Positions 18,156-28,100 of a stretch of DNA of 64,000 nt are shown one piece after another. The notes beneath the pieces were generated by a model. It had not been told where the DNA came from, searched no databases, and saw only the letters and a program-made list of their open reading frames with translations. A program made the position numbers and the translations under genes. Position 1 is the stretch's first letter, and each line of letters starts with the position of its first letter. Source of the stretch: a virus; the IMG/VR virus record IMGVR_UViG_3300043444_000196, positions 3,499 to 67,498 of that record; one strand, 5' to 3'.

Positions 18156-18429
18156 ACGCAACTACGCCGCCGAGTACGCCAAGTACCAAGGCACCCCAGA
18201 GCAAATCGCTAAACGCTCTGAGCGCAACAAGGCCCGCCGGGCCTACGAGAAAGCCAACGGCGATCTGCCGTCTACGGTAGACGTCGACCACAAGAAAGCC
18301 CTATCCAAGGGTGGCACATCCAAGGCATCTAATCTTAGAGCCGCACCGCAGTCCGAGAACACCAGCTTCGCCCGCACCAAGACCGGTGCAATGAAGTCTC
18401 AAATTTCCAAGCGCGAGCGCAAAAAGTAA
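18145..18429 (+). CDS. Small HNH endonuclease (T7 gp7.7-like)
   Basis: RNY..EY, RNKARR, DVDHKKALSKGG..SNLR. Confidence 0.8.
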   Translation: MATKRNYAAEYAKYQGTPEQIAKRSERNKARRAYEKANGDLPSTVDVDHKKALSKGGTSKASNLRAAPQSENTSFARTKTGAMKSQISKRERKK

Positions 18430-18482
18430 TGTAGGATGGAGTGGCTGGGTGACCAGCGCTTCATTGTGTTTCTCCTTGATTT

Positions 18483-18513
18483 AGCCCGGTAGTTCTGCTA
18501 CCGGGCTTCTTTT
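18483..18513 (+). terminator. Intrinsic terminator
   Basis: AGCCCGGTAG-TTCTG-CTACCGGGCT then TCTTTT. Confidence 0.75.
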
Positions 18514-18544
18514 GCCGTCAATCTTTCTATTTCGTGAGGTCCGC

Positions 18545-20098
18545 ATGGAAATCGTGCAAGACAGGGCGTTGATTTTCAACACCCGCAAGGGCGCGCAGAT
18601 CACTGCGCTTATCCCCAAGAGCAAGGTCGTGGAAACCCACGGCGACGTGGACCGAGTGCTGGTCCACTGGGACTTTGACGAAGTGCAATTGCTTCGCAAC
18701 CTAGGTATCAAGAACGTGCCTAGCCCCATCCTCAGCCGGTACCAGTGGCCCGGGATGTTCACTCCGTTTGCGCACCAGCGAACCACTGCAGAATTTCTCA
18801 CCCTCAACCCCCGATGCTTCGTGTTCAACGAGGCCGGCACAGGCAAGACCTCTGCTGCGGCGTGGGCTGCCGACTACCTGATGATGCAGGGTAAGGTCAA
18901 GCGCGTCCTGATCGTATGCCCTGTGTCCATCATGGAGACTGCATGGCGTTCTGACTTGTTCAAGACCGTGATGCACCGCACAGTGGCCATCGCGCAAGGC
19001 ACGCGCACACAGCGGCAAGCTGTGGTCAGGGGCAACTACGAGTTCGTCGTCATCAACTTTGACGGCGTGAAGGTTGTGCGCGAAGAGCTGGAGAACGGCG
19101 GGTTCGATCTCATCATCGTTGACGAAGCCAACGCCATCAAGAGCGTGACGACCGAGCGGTGGAAGGCACTGGCCTCGCTGATTAAACCTACTACGCGTCT
19201 GTGGCTCATGACGGGTACGCCTGCGTCGCAGTCACCGCTGGATGCCTACGGCTTGGCCAAGATGGTCAACCCTGCCAACGTACCTAGGTTCTTCGGCGCG
19301 TTTCGCGATCGCGTGATGATTAAGCTGACCCAGTACAAGTGGGTACCCCGTCAAGAGGCGCAGCAAATCGTGCATAACATCCTGCAGCCCGCGATTCGAT
19401 TCACCAAAGAAGAGTGCCTCGACTTGCCAGAGATGCTGTACAACACACGCGACGTCCCGCTCACCGCGCAGCAGACCAAGTACTACGAGGCGCTGCGCAA
19501 GCAAATGATGACGATCGCTGCAGGCTCCGAGATCACTGCGGTCAACGCGGCCTCCATGCTCAACAAGCTGCTGCAGGTCTCGCAGGGGGCGGTCTATACG
19601 GACGATAAGGACGTGGTGGAGTTCGACGTATCCAACCGGGTTAGTGAACTCATGGATGTGATCGAGTCAACCGATCGCAAGATTCTGGTGTTCGTGCCCT
19701 ACCGGCACACGCTGGACATGCTGCGCGATGAGATGGCCAAGGCCGGGCATACGGCAGAGGTGATTCATGGGGGCGTAGCTGCCACGCAGCGCGCCGAGAT
19801 CATCAAGCGGTTCCAGACCGAAGACGACCCACGGGTTCTTCTCATGATTCCGCAAGCTACGGCACACGGGATTACCCTTACCCGGGCAGACCAAGTTGTC
19901 TGGTGGGGTCCAGTGTCATCTACGGAAATCTACCTACAAGCCAATGCCCGTGCACACCGCGCAGGGCAGACAAACAAGGTTACAGTTACCCACCTGCAGG
20001 GTAGCCCAGTCGAGCGGCGCATGTACACCATGCTCCAGAGCAAGATTGATCTACACCAAAATTTGGTGGAACTGTACAAACAAGAGCTTGACGGCTAA
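18545..20098 (+). CDS. SNF2-family helicase
   Basis: GTGKT, DEAN, MTGTP, HGITLT, QANARAHRAGQ. Confidence 0.92.
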   Translation: MEIVQDRALIFNTRKGAQITALIPKSKVVETHGDVDRVLVHWDFDEVQLLRNLGIKNVPSPILSRYQWPGMFTPFAHQRTTAEFLTLNPRCFVFNEAGTGKTSAAAWAADYLMMQGKVKRVLIVCPVSIMETAWRSDLFKTVMHRTVAIAQGTRTQRQAVVRGNYEFVVINFDGVKVVREELENGGFDLIIVDEANAIKSVTTERWKALASLIKPTTRLWLMTGTPASQSPLDAYGLAKMVNPANVPRFFGAFRDRVMIKLTQYKWVPRQEAQQIVHNILQPAIRFTKEECLDLPEMLYNTRDVPLTAQQTKYYEALRKQMMTIAAGSEITAVNAASMLNKLLQVSQGAVYTDDKDVVEFDVSNRVSELMDVIESTDRKILVFVPYRHTLDMLRDEMAKAGHTAEVIHGGVAATQRAEIIKRFQTEDDPRVLLMIPQATAHGITLTRADQVVWWGPVSSTEIYLQANARAHRAGQTNKVTVTHLQGSPVERRMYTMLQSKIDLHQNLVELYKQELDG

Positions 20099-20115
20099 AT
20101 TAGACAATGTACAAT
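20088..20115 (+). promoter_or_regulatory. Sigma70-like promoter
   Basis: TTGACG-N16-TACAAT. Confidence 0.6.
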
Positions 20116-20138
20116 CTTCCACACAACAGGAGAAAACA

Positions 20139-20381
20139 ATGAGCACAGAACAAGAAGACGCAGCCATGCTGCTGGAGCTGCAGGAGAAGATCACGTACCG
20201 CATCCGGGAGCAGCTGATCGCGATGATTGACGGGGCTGACCCGCTCTACGGTACTACAAGCCCAGCCGACATGAGGGCGTCGTCACTCCACACACGTCTG
20301 AAGTGGAGCCTACTCAACGACCCCACGTTCATCTCCGAGATGGCCAAGCGCATTGGCCAGAAAATGCAAACCGTTTACTAA
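20139..20381 (+). CDS. Hypothetical protein
   Basis: AGGAG RBS before MSTEQED. Confidence 0.7.
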   Translation: MSTEQEDAAMLLELQEKITYRIREQLIAMIDGADPLYGTTSPADMRASSLHTRLKWSLLNDPTFISEMAKRIGQKMQTVY

Positions 20382-20391
20382 GGAGAACACC

Positions 20392-20784
20392 ATGAGCGAC
20401 GCGAGTAAACTCGTTCAGGTCTACGTCAAAATCCGTGACGCCCGGGATAAGAAGCAACGGCAGATGGAGCAGGAAGTCAACGAACTCAACGAACAGTTGG
20501 GCATCATCGAACAAGAGCTGCTGGAAATCTGCAAGACCACCGGCCAAGACGGCGGTAAGACACCATTCGGGTCGTTCACACGATCTGTCAAGACACGATA
20601 CTGGACCAGCGACTGGGACAGTATGTACAAGTTCATCCGCGACCATGACGCCCCGGAACTTCTCGAACGCCGGATTGCCCAAGGCAATTTTTCGGAGTTC
20701 ATCAAGGAGAACCCAGATGCCATGCCAGCAGGTGTAAACGTCGAGTCCAAGTACTCGGTAACGGTCCGTAGGGCCACAAAGTAA
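20392..20784 (+). CDS. Coiled-coil protein of the replication/recombination module
   Basis: AAGGAG RBS; N-terminal coiled coil; DWDSMYKFI..LLERRI. Confidence 0.75.
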   Translation: MSDASKLVQVYVKIRDARDKKQRQMEQEVNELNEQLGIIEQELLEICKTTGQDGGKTPFGSFTRSVKTRYWTSDWDSMYKFIRDHDAPELLERRIAQGNFSEFIKENPDAMPAGVNVESKYSVTVRRATK

Positions 20785-20807
20785 CCTCCCATCCAAAGGA
20801 AATTTTT

Positions 20808-21704
20808 ATGAGCAACATCGCACTCTTCCAATCCGGTTCCATGGTTCCCGACTATCTGCGCGAAGCGTCAGATGAAACCACCAAAGACATTGCCGGCTCG
20901 TCCGGCGGCAAACAGATTTCCATCAAAGGTGGCGTCTGGCGTATGGTGGTTGGCGGGGAAGAGGTCGCCAAGAACGAAGACCGCGCCATGAACCTTGTGG
21001 TGATTGCATCCAGCAAGGGCGTCTCCCGCACGTTCTACGCTGAGAAGTACGAAGAAGGCAAGGACATCAAGCCTGCCTGCTGGTCTGCCGAAGGCGACAA
21101 GCCCAACGAGGAAGTCCCCAACCCGCAAAGCTCCAGCTGCGCTACCTGCAAGCAGAACATCGAAGGCTCCGGCGACGGTAAGTCTCGCGCCTGCCGTTAC
21201 AGCAAGCGTCTGGCTGTGGCTCTGGAAAACGACATCGGTGGCAACATCTACCGCCTGTCTATTCCTGCCAAGTCCTACTTCGGTAAAGCCGATGGCGACA
21301 AGATGCCTCTGCAAGCGTTCGGCAAGTTCCTTGCTGGCCACGGTATCCCAATCACCGGCATCGTGACCGAAGCTCGTTTCGACACCAGCGAAGCTGTGCC
21401 TGTCCTGAAGTTCCGCGCAGTGCGCCCCCTGACCCGCGAAGAGTGGGAACTGGGCAAGCAGCAGAGCCAGACTGAGGACGCCAAGCAAGCCGTCGAGTTC
21501 AAGATGAACGTGGGCAAGGCCAAGGGGGAGCAGCAGGTTGCCCTGCCGCAAGCCTTCCAAGAAGCTGCCCCTGCAGCTAAGGTCGAAGCTGAGGAAGTGG
21601 CTGAGCCAACCAAGCGCGCTACCAAACCCAAGGCTGAGGCTGCCGCCCCTGCTGCGAAGAACGTTGCCGCGATTCTGGATGACTGGGCTACGGACGAGGA
21701 GTGA
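20808..21704 (+). CDS. Putative ssDNA-binding protein
   Basis: Cys cluster, Ala/Pro linker, acidic tail LDDWATDEE; replication context. Confidence 0.65.
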   Translation: MSNIALFQSGSMVPDYLREASDETTKDIAGSSGGKQISIKGGVWRMVVGGEEVAKNEDRAMNLVVIASSKGVSRTFYAEKYEEGKDIKPACWSAEGDKPNEEVPNPQSSSCATCKQNIEGSGDGKSRACRYSKRLAVALENDIGGNIYRLSIPAKSYFGKADGDKMPLQAFGKFLAGHGIPITGIVTEARFDTSEAVPVLKFRAVRPLTREEWELGKQQSQTEDAKQAVEFKMNVGKAKGEQQVALPQAFQEAAPAAKVEAEEVAEPTKRATKPKAEAAAPAAKNVAAILDDWATDEE

Positions 21705-21973
21705 AGGTAATGCGCGGGTACGATTCCTTTTTTGTTCAGCGCGTTAAGAGCGTGAAGCACGAGCCTCTTGCACTGCGGGTACTTGTCAAGGCCTGCATGC
21801 GCAACCACCAGCCGATCTCGGATTTGGCTGCATGGTTTGGGGTCTCGCGCAGCACGGTCTACAACTGGATGACTGGGCAAACGGTACCGCACCCGCGTTA
21901 CCTTGCTGAGATGACTCGCGCAGCAGAACTGATCTCTTCAGGGATGCTGGCTGCCAAAGCCAAGCGCAAGTAA
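21701..21973 (+). CDS. Cro/XRE-like HTH regulator
   Basis: ISDLAAWFGVSRSTVYNWMTGQTVP. Confidence 0.85.
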   Translation: MKVMRGYDSFFVQRVKSVKHEPLALRVLVKACMRNHQPISDLAAWFGVSRSTVYNWMTGQTVPHPRYLAEMTRAAELISSGMLAAKAKRK

Positions 21974-21983
21974 TCTCTCAGTC

Positions 21984-22012
21984 GGGCGACGGGGAAACTC
22001 GTCGCCCTTTTT
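21984..22012 (+). terminator. Intrinsic terminator
   Basis: GGGCGAC...GTCGCCC then TTTTT. Confidence 0.8.
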
Positions 22013-22039
22013 GTCTCATCCAGTTGTCCGTGAGGTTTT

Positions 22040-24883
22040 GTGGCTGACTTTCTCAACTCCGTTCTACCCACACAGGGCGTCTATTGCGCCGTGGGTATCC
22101 GGTCAGGCACCGTCAGGCAATCGTTCCACCCTACGATTGCAGATGTGGAGGCTGCCGCTGACGGCATGGCCTCTCAAGGGGTAGATGCGTATTTCGCTTT
22201 GGCGTCTTTCAAAGACGCTGCCGATGGCCGTACTGCCGACAACGCCGCTTTCTTGCGGGCGTTCTTCCTTGATCTTGACTGCGGCTTAGGCAAACCCTAT
22301 GCCGACCAAAACGAGGCCTCTGTGGCCTTGAGCGAATTTGTTCGCTCTGTCGGTTTTCCGACACCCTACGTCGTCAATTCTGGTGGTGGCCTGCATGTGT
22401 ACTGGCCCCTGACGGAAGACGTCCCCGCCGAGGTATGGTTCCCCCATGCCCGGGCTTTGAAGAAGATGTGTGCAGACCACAACCTGCATGCAGACCCTGC
22501 GGTGACTGCGGACCGTGCGCGTATATTGCGCGTGCCCGGCACCTACAACTTTAAGAACAACCAGCAGCGCCCCGTGCAAGTGGGAGTTGCTGGTACTGCG
22601 GTGTCTTTGGCGGACTTCGTCAAGCTACTCCCCACCCCGGCATTTGATCTGTCCGCAGCCAAACAGTTTGGCATGGACGACACGTCGCGTGACGTGGGCG
22701 GCGGTGAGTTCCCCTCCTGCTCATTTAACCGCATCGTGCGCCGCAGTCTCAAAGACGACGGCTGCAACCAAATCAAGATTGCGATCGTCGACGCCGCTAC
22801 GCTGGAAGAACCCCTGTGGCGTGCGGCCCTATCGGTGGCTACGCGCTGTGAGGACGGAGCCAAGGCCATCCACCAGCTCTCCAAGGCGCACCCCGGTTAC
22901 ACACCGGCCAACACCGAGGCTAAAGCTGCAGAGACCAAGGGCCCCTATACCTGCGAGTGGTACCGCGCCAACAACCCGACTGGGTGCGAAGGCTGCAAGC
23001 AGAAAGTCGGCAGCCCCATCATGCTGGGCAAGATCGTGCAGGAGTCCCCGGTCGAGAACGATCAGTACATGATCGAGAAGCCGCAGGACGAAGAGTCTCC
23101 AGCAGTGACCATGGCCATCCCGGCCTACCCGTATCCATACTTCCGTGGCACCAACGGCGGCGTGTTCAAGAAAGAGACATCTGCAGACGGCGAGGTTAAG
23201 GAAGTTGAAATCTACCCGCATGACCTCTACCTGACAGAACGCTTTTACGACATCGACGAAGGTGGCGATGGCGACGGTGAGATGGTGGGTATCAACCTGC
23301 ACATGAAGCGCGACGGCGTGCGCCGCTTCTACGCTCCGGTCACCACGCTGTTCACCAAAGACAAGATGCGGGACCTGCTGATTAAGCACGGGGTCATCGC
23401 ATACGGGAAACATCTGGACGCCCTTATGGCTTACTTTGCATCAACGATTCGCAAGCTGCAGCAGCAGTACTCCGCCAGCAAGACCCGCAACCAAATGGGC
23501 TGGACCCACGACATGCAGGGCTTCGTTGTTGGTGAAGTGGAATACACCGCAGGGGGCGTTAAGCTCGCACCCCCGGCCAGCGGAACACGGCAGCTGGCAG
23601 CGTCATTCCGACCCACAGGCACCCTCGAAGAGTGGCGTGACATTGTGAACTTCTACGACCGCCCCGGTCTGGAGCCGCATGCGCTGACACTGTTCTTTGG
23701 CTTTGGTTCGCCGTTGCTCAAACTCATTGGCGGCAACCACGTCAAGGGCGCTCAGGTGCACCTCAAGCACAACGGTTCAGGCTCCGGCAAGTCCACGGCC
23801 CAGATGGTTGTCAACTCCATTTTTGGCTCACCAGATGAGCTACTGATGAAAAAGGAAGACACCTACGCGTCCAAGATGCACATGCTGGGCATGATGAACA
23901 GCATTGCGTTCACAGTCGATGAGATCACCAACGAGAAGGCCGAGGTCTTGTCTGACTATGCGTATGGCTTTACATCCGGCAGGGGCAAGCACCGCATGGA
24001 AGCGCAGACCAACAAGCTGCGCGCCAACTCCACGAACTGGTGCAACATTACTATCACGTCTGGTAACGCATCCGTGGTCGATGCACTGCAGCAGTTGAAA
24101 AACACAGCCGACGGCGAACTGCGCCGCATCTTGGAAATCTCCGTGCCGAAGTACACCGGCTCCACCAAGTCCGAGATCGACTCAGTGTTTGGCAAGCTCA
24201 ACGACAACTACGGCGTGGCTGGCCCTCTGTTCATCCAGTTTGTGGTCAGCAACATCGACACAGTGCGGGATTCCTGCCTGAAGATGCAGGCGCAGATCGA
24301 CCAAGCAATGAATCTGGACCAGTCAGACCGTTTCTATTCGTGCATATTGGCATGCGCCTTCACGGGCGCCATGATCGCTAGGAAGCTCGGTCTGCACAAC
24401 ATCGACGTCAAGCGCATCTACAACTACTCTCTGGGTGTTGTGGCTCAGGCCAAGCTGACTGCAAAGGGTGAGACTGGCGACATGCTGACCGTGTCCAAGG
24501 AAACACTGGCTGCATTCATCAACGAAAACGTCAACAACGCACTGGTCATCAACCACCCGACAAAGGGCGGGGCACTCGTGGCGCCAATCACGATGCCAAA
24601 GGGCTCCCTCAAGCTTCGGTACGAGCCAGACACGAAAGAACTGTACATCACCGTGGCCGAGTACCGCAAGTACTTCGCTGGGCGGCAGGTGGACGTGAAG
24701 GACAGTCTGGCCAAACTGGCCGCTGCAGGCATCGTCAAGTACGACGGCAAGTCAGCTACCACCCGCATCGGTGCCGGTGCAGTGGGCGGCCTCAGCGGTC
24801 TGGCGGTGCGGTGCTACGTGTTCGACGGTGCGGCGATCGGTCTTGATGAAAGCGCGTTCGCAGATGGGCCGACCGAAACGTGA
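22040..24883 (+). CDS. Primase-helicase (AEP/RepB-like primase, DUF927-like region, P-loop ATPase)
   Basis: FLDLD, SGGGLHVYW, RILRVPGT, Cys cluster, QMGW, Walker A GSGSGKST, Walker B FTVDE. Confidence 0.9.
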   Translation: MADFLNSVLPTQGVYCAVGIRSGTVRQSFHPTIADVEAAADGMASQGVDAYFALASFKDAADGRTADNAAFLRAFFLDLDCGLGKPYADQNEASVALSEFVRSVGFPTPYVVNSGGGLHVYWPLTEDVPAEVWFPHARALKKMCADHNLHADPAVTADRARILRVPGTYNFKNNQQRPVQVGVAGTAVSLADFVKLLPTPAFDLSAAKQFGMDDTSRDVGGGEFPSCSFNRIVRRSLKDDGCNQIKIAIVDAATLEEPLWRAALSVATRCEDGAKAIHQLSKAHPGYTPANTEAKAAETKGPYTCEWYRANNPTGCEGCKQKVGSPIMLGKIVQESPVENDQYMIEKPQDEESPAVTMAIPAYPYPYFRGTNGGVFKKETSADGEVKEVEIYPHDLYLTERFYDIDEGGDGDGEMVGINLHMKRDGVRRFYAPVTTLFTKDKMRDLLIKHGVIAYGKHLDALMAYFASTIRKLQQQYSASKTRNQMGWTHDMQGFVVGEVEYTAGGVKLAPPASGTRQLAASFRPTGTLEEWRDIVNFYDRPGLEPHALTLFFGFGSPLLKLIGGNHVKGAQVHLKHNGSGSGKSTAQMVVNSIFGSPDELLMKKEDTYASKMHMLGMMNSIAFTVDEITNEKAEVLSDYAYGFTSGRGKHRMEAQTNKLRANSTNWCNITITSGNASVVDALQQLKNTADGELRRILEISVPKYTGSTKSEIDSVFGKLNDNYGVAGPLFIQFVVSNIDTVRDSCLKMQAQIDQAMNLDQSDRFYSCILACAFTGAMIARKLGLHNIDVKRIYNYSLGVVAQAKLTAKGETGDMLTVSKETLAAFINENVNNALVINHPTKGGALVAPITMPKGSLKLRYEPDTKELYITVAEYRKYFAGRQVDVKDSLAKLAAAGIVKYDGKSATTRIGAGAVGGLSGLAVRCYVFDGAAIGLDESAFADGPTET

Positions 24884-25106
24884 GTTTGAAGGCGACCCTC
24901 GGGTCGTCCAGATCAAAAACGTCGAGTACTACATCGACTGGAGCCGGGTGACCCTCGGCTCCTCGTTCTTCCTACCTACCGTAGCCACCGCCATACAGGT
25001 GCGGGACATCCTGCACCTTATCGAGCGGCACTTGGGAATCAAACTCACCGTACGCACCCGCGTGGAATACGGGCGGTACGGGGTTCGGGTCTGGCGCGTC
25101 GGTTAG
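24864..25106 (+). CDS. Small putative DNA-binding protein
   Basis: IDW..LGSSFFLP..GVRVWR pattern. Confidence 0.65.
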   Translation: MGRPKREFEGDPRVVQIKNVEYYIDWSRVTLGSSFFLPTVATAIQVRDILHLIERHLGIKLTVRTRVEYGRYGVRVWRVG

Positions 25107-28100
25107 CGCAGTGAGGCTTTGGCTTCTCGCAGCCAGCCGGTCAGTTCCACCTCGATCTTACGCAGCTCCTGCAGCTCAGCTTCGCGTGCGTCCTTGGGCA
25201 TGCCTTCGGCGCCCAGCGGGCTGTTGAGGTACTTGCGGTAGGCCCGGGTACGCTCCAGCTGTTCCAGCGTCGAGTTGACTGCACTCTCCAGCATCAGGAT
25301 GTCTGCGTTCTTCTCAGCGTAGTCGGCGGCTTTGTCCATATCGGTCTTGGCCAGCTCGTTGAGCGTGGCGTTGGCACGGCCAACCTTTTCGCGCTCCTCG
25401 TAGAACTCGGTCATGCGGCGGGTGCCCACCGGGTCGTACATGTAGTTCGACACCAGTGCCCACTTATGCAGGGGGCGATCAACTCGCGTTGGGTTCAGCA
25501 AGGAATCCGTTGCAGCCACCAGCAGACCAGCGGTCGAACCGAAGTAGCCGTTCAGGGCGTTGTCCACGAGGATGGGGGATACCTTGTCCACACCCACCAC
25601 GTCACGGGCAAAGTTGGCGATGGCAATGGCCAGCTCAGACGTGTTGGATGCGCGGCGCTGGCTGGGGTCCTGCTGCTTTTGGTAGATACCTTCCAGCTCG
25701 CGCCCCGTGAAGAACGAGTAGTTGGTCCATGCCTCCAGCAGAGGTTTCACAGCCTGCGGCACAGGAGTCACACGGCCCACGTACTGCTCGAAGATGTAGC
25801 TCAGGCCCGTGCGGGTTGCTTCCCATGCGGTCTGCTCTTCGGGGGTGCCTTGGCGGCGCATGTATTCCACCACGCGCTCGGGGATGACTTTGAACAGCGC
25901 GCCCAGTTCGCCCGGTACCGGCAGCTTAAAGCCGCCCGGCAAAATCCAGTTGCTGTCCCGAGTCCGCAGGTCCATCTCTTGGTAGTCCTCGTCGTCTCCA
26001 GCACCCAAAGCGTAGAGCGAGCTGAGCATCATCACAGTGGCTGCGCGGCTCCAGAACATGCGGCGTGCTTGCGCCCGACCCACGGAGGAGCTGGAGTCTT
26101 TGCCGGAGGCTGCACGGTACAGCACATCCATACCTTGGATGTAGGCGTTGAAGAACGGGATGGTCGTGACCATGGCACCCACGAAGTCGCTGGCACCACG
26201 GCGGCGGAAGTTGATGAACTCACGGGCACGAGTCTGGGCCAGCAGCTGGTCGTTGGTTTCCTTGAGCGTCTGGTCGTAGATGGCCTTGCGGACTGCCAGA
26301 TCGGAAGCGCGTGTGATGCCATCCAGTCGGTGCATCAGGGTTTCAAACTTGCCGCGCTTTTTGTAGCCCAAGTCCTTCAGGAGAGACGTGGCGGGCTTGC
26401 CAGCCTCGAAGTCGTATTCACCAGTCAGACCCATGCGACCAAACTGCTTGACGGACGGATGCTGGATACCACGCAGTTCAGCAAAGGCCAGCCCACCAAA
26501 GTTCGACAGGGACATGCGCAGCAGGGCGCCGGGGTTCTTCACACCCGAAGTCATGATGGCACGCTGCACGTCGTCTGTTACCTGCTTGAGCGCGAAGGGC
26601 GGCAGAGCCGTAACCGACTTACGCAGCACGTTGGAGAACTTGCCGAGGTTGCGCAGCCAGCCTGTCTTGGGTGGGTTCAGGTCTTTGAACGCCAGCACGT
26701 CGTACTTGCTGGGCAGCTCCCAATACATCCTCTCGCCGTTGACGTAGCCGTCGACGGTGTTGGGCTTTTGCTGGCTGCTGCGGCCAAGGAAGTTGGCAAA
26801 GCCAAGCTTCTCCAAGCTGCGCAGGGTCTGCACAGTGCCGTCGGTCTTCATGGTCTGGCCGACCATCCAGCCGAGGGTGTTCAGGTAGTTGTCGAACACG
26901 TTGCCCACCGGGCGGTTCAGAGAGCCGACGAGCTCCGGCAGTTTGCCGACCTGAGCAATGCCCTTGTTGCTGACCTTCTTGACCTTGCTGAAGTTGGTGA
27001 TGAACTTTTCGTCCTCTAAGCGGTCGAACGGCACGTAGCCGACAGTTTCTTTCCAGACCTCGCCGGTCTCAGGCGTCAGGCGACCGACAGCCACCATGTT
27101 GTCCACCATAGCCAGACGAGACTCATCCATGGCCTTGCTCATGGCCTGCAGGTCCGGGTCTGCCTTGTACTCAGCGACAAGCTGGTCGATCTCGTTATCT
27201 TTGAGGTGCAGCAGGAATCCGGTGCCTTGGGTCTTGTTGGCGGTACGCATGGCGTCCAAACGCACGCCTTCCATGATACGGCTGGCGATCTGGGTGGCGC
27301 GCTCGCGGCTGTACCCGTTCTTGGCACCCCATGCGTCGATCAGTGCATACACCTCAGAGGGTGGGCGCACGCCCGCTTTGTTCTCCACAACCCACAGGCC
27401 TGTGGCGTCATCTTTGGTCAAGCCGCCTGTCTGGAAGAACTCCAGCAGAGTCTTGGTGTAGTCCTGCGCCTGACGGTACAGGCCCATGGGGTTGAGCTTG
27501 CCCATGCTGTCGCGCACGGCGCCGTCAAACTGCTCGCGCAAACGATGCTCGATTGTGGCAGCGGCATCAGCGGTCTGGGTACGGAACTTGACTGCATAGC
27601 CCAGCTCGTCCTGCTGCTTGAACCCAGTGATGAGGTCTTTGAGGCTGCGTTTGGTTTGCGGGTCAAGCTCGCCCATGCTGTCCACGAGGGATTCGGTGGA
27701 GGCGGAAACGGAGAACTCAGCGCGGCCAGATGGTTGCACCGCCATGTCGGTTCCAGTCATCCACAGCGCGGCACTGCCGGGGCCCATGGCGTCGAGGAAC
27801 TCAGCGACCAGCTTGTTGGGCGGGTACTTGCGGCCAGTGACCGTAGCAACTAGATCGCGCAACATCTGTGCTACGCGGGCAAAGAACTTCTCGGTGATGG
27901 ATACGGGCTTTTCTGAAGTCGAAGCCCAGCGCGAAGTGTTGTCCGCAAACCACTCTTTGAACGACCTCCAGTAGTCATCACCCATTTGCTCGGCGGTTTT
28001 GCTTTCCGGCACAGACAACATCTGGGTATCTGCAGTCTCGCGGTTGCGCAGCATCTGCACAAGCTCACGACCGCTCTTACCCTTAGTGGATTGCAGCCAT

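Larger units (their letters stand above)
1009..18339. repeat. Dispersed palindrome TCTAAnnTTAGA in the early arm
   Basis: Exact copies start at 1009, 1270, 2567, 4089, 5363, 6455, 9376, 14031, 18328; one-mismatch copy at 7575. Confidence 0.95.

Noticed and set aside
25466-27019. 517-aa + strand ORF and similar long antisense ORFs (for example 57625-59520, 32805-34151, 45942-47270)
   Set aside because: Shadows of GC3-biased genes on the opposite strand; no recognisable motifs
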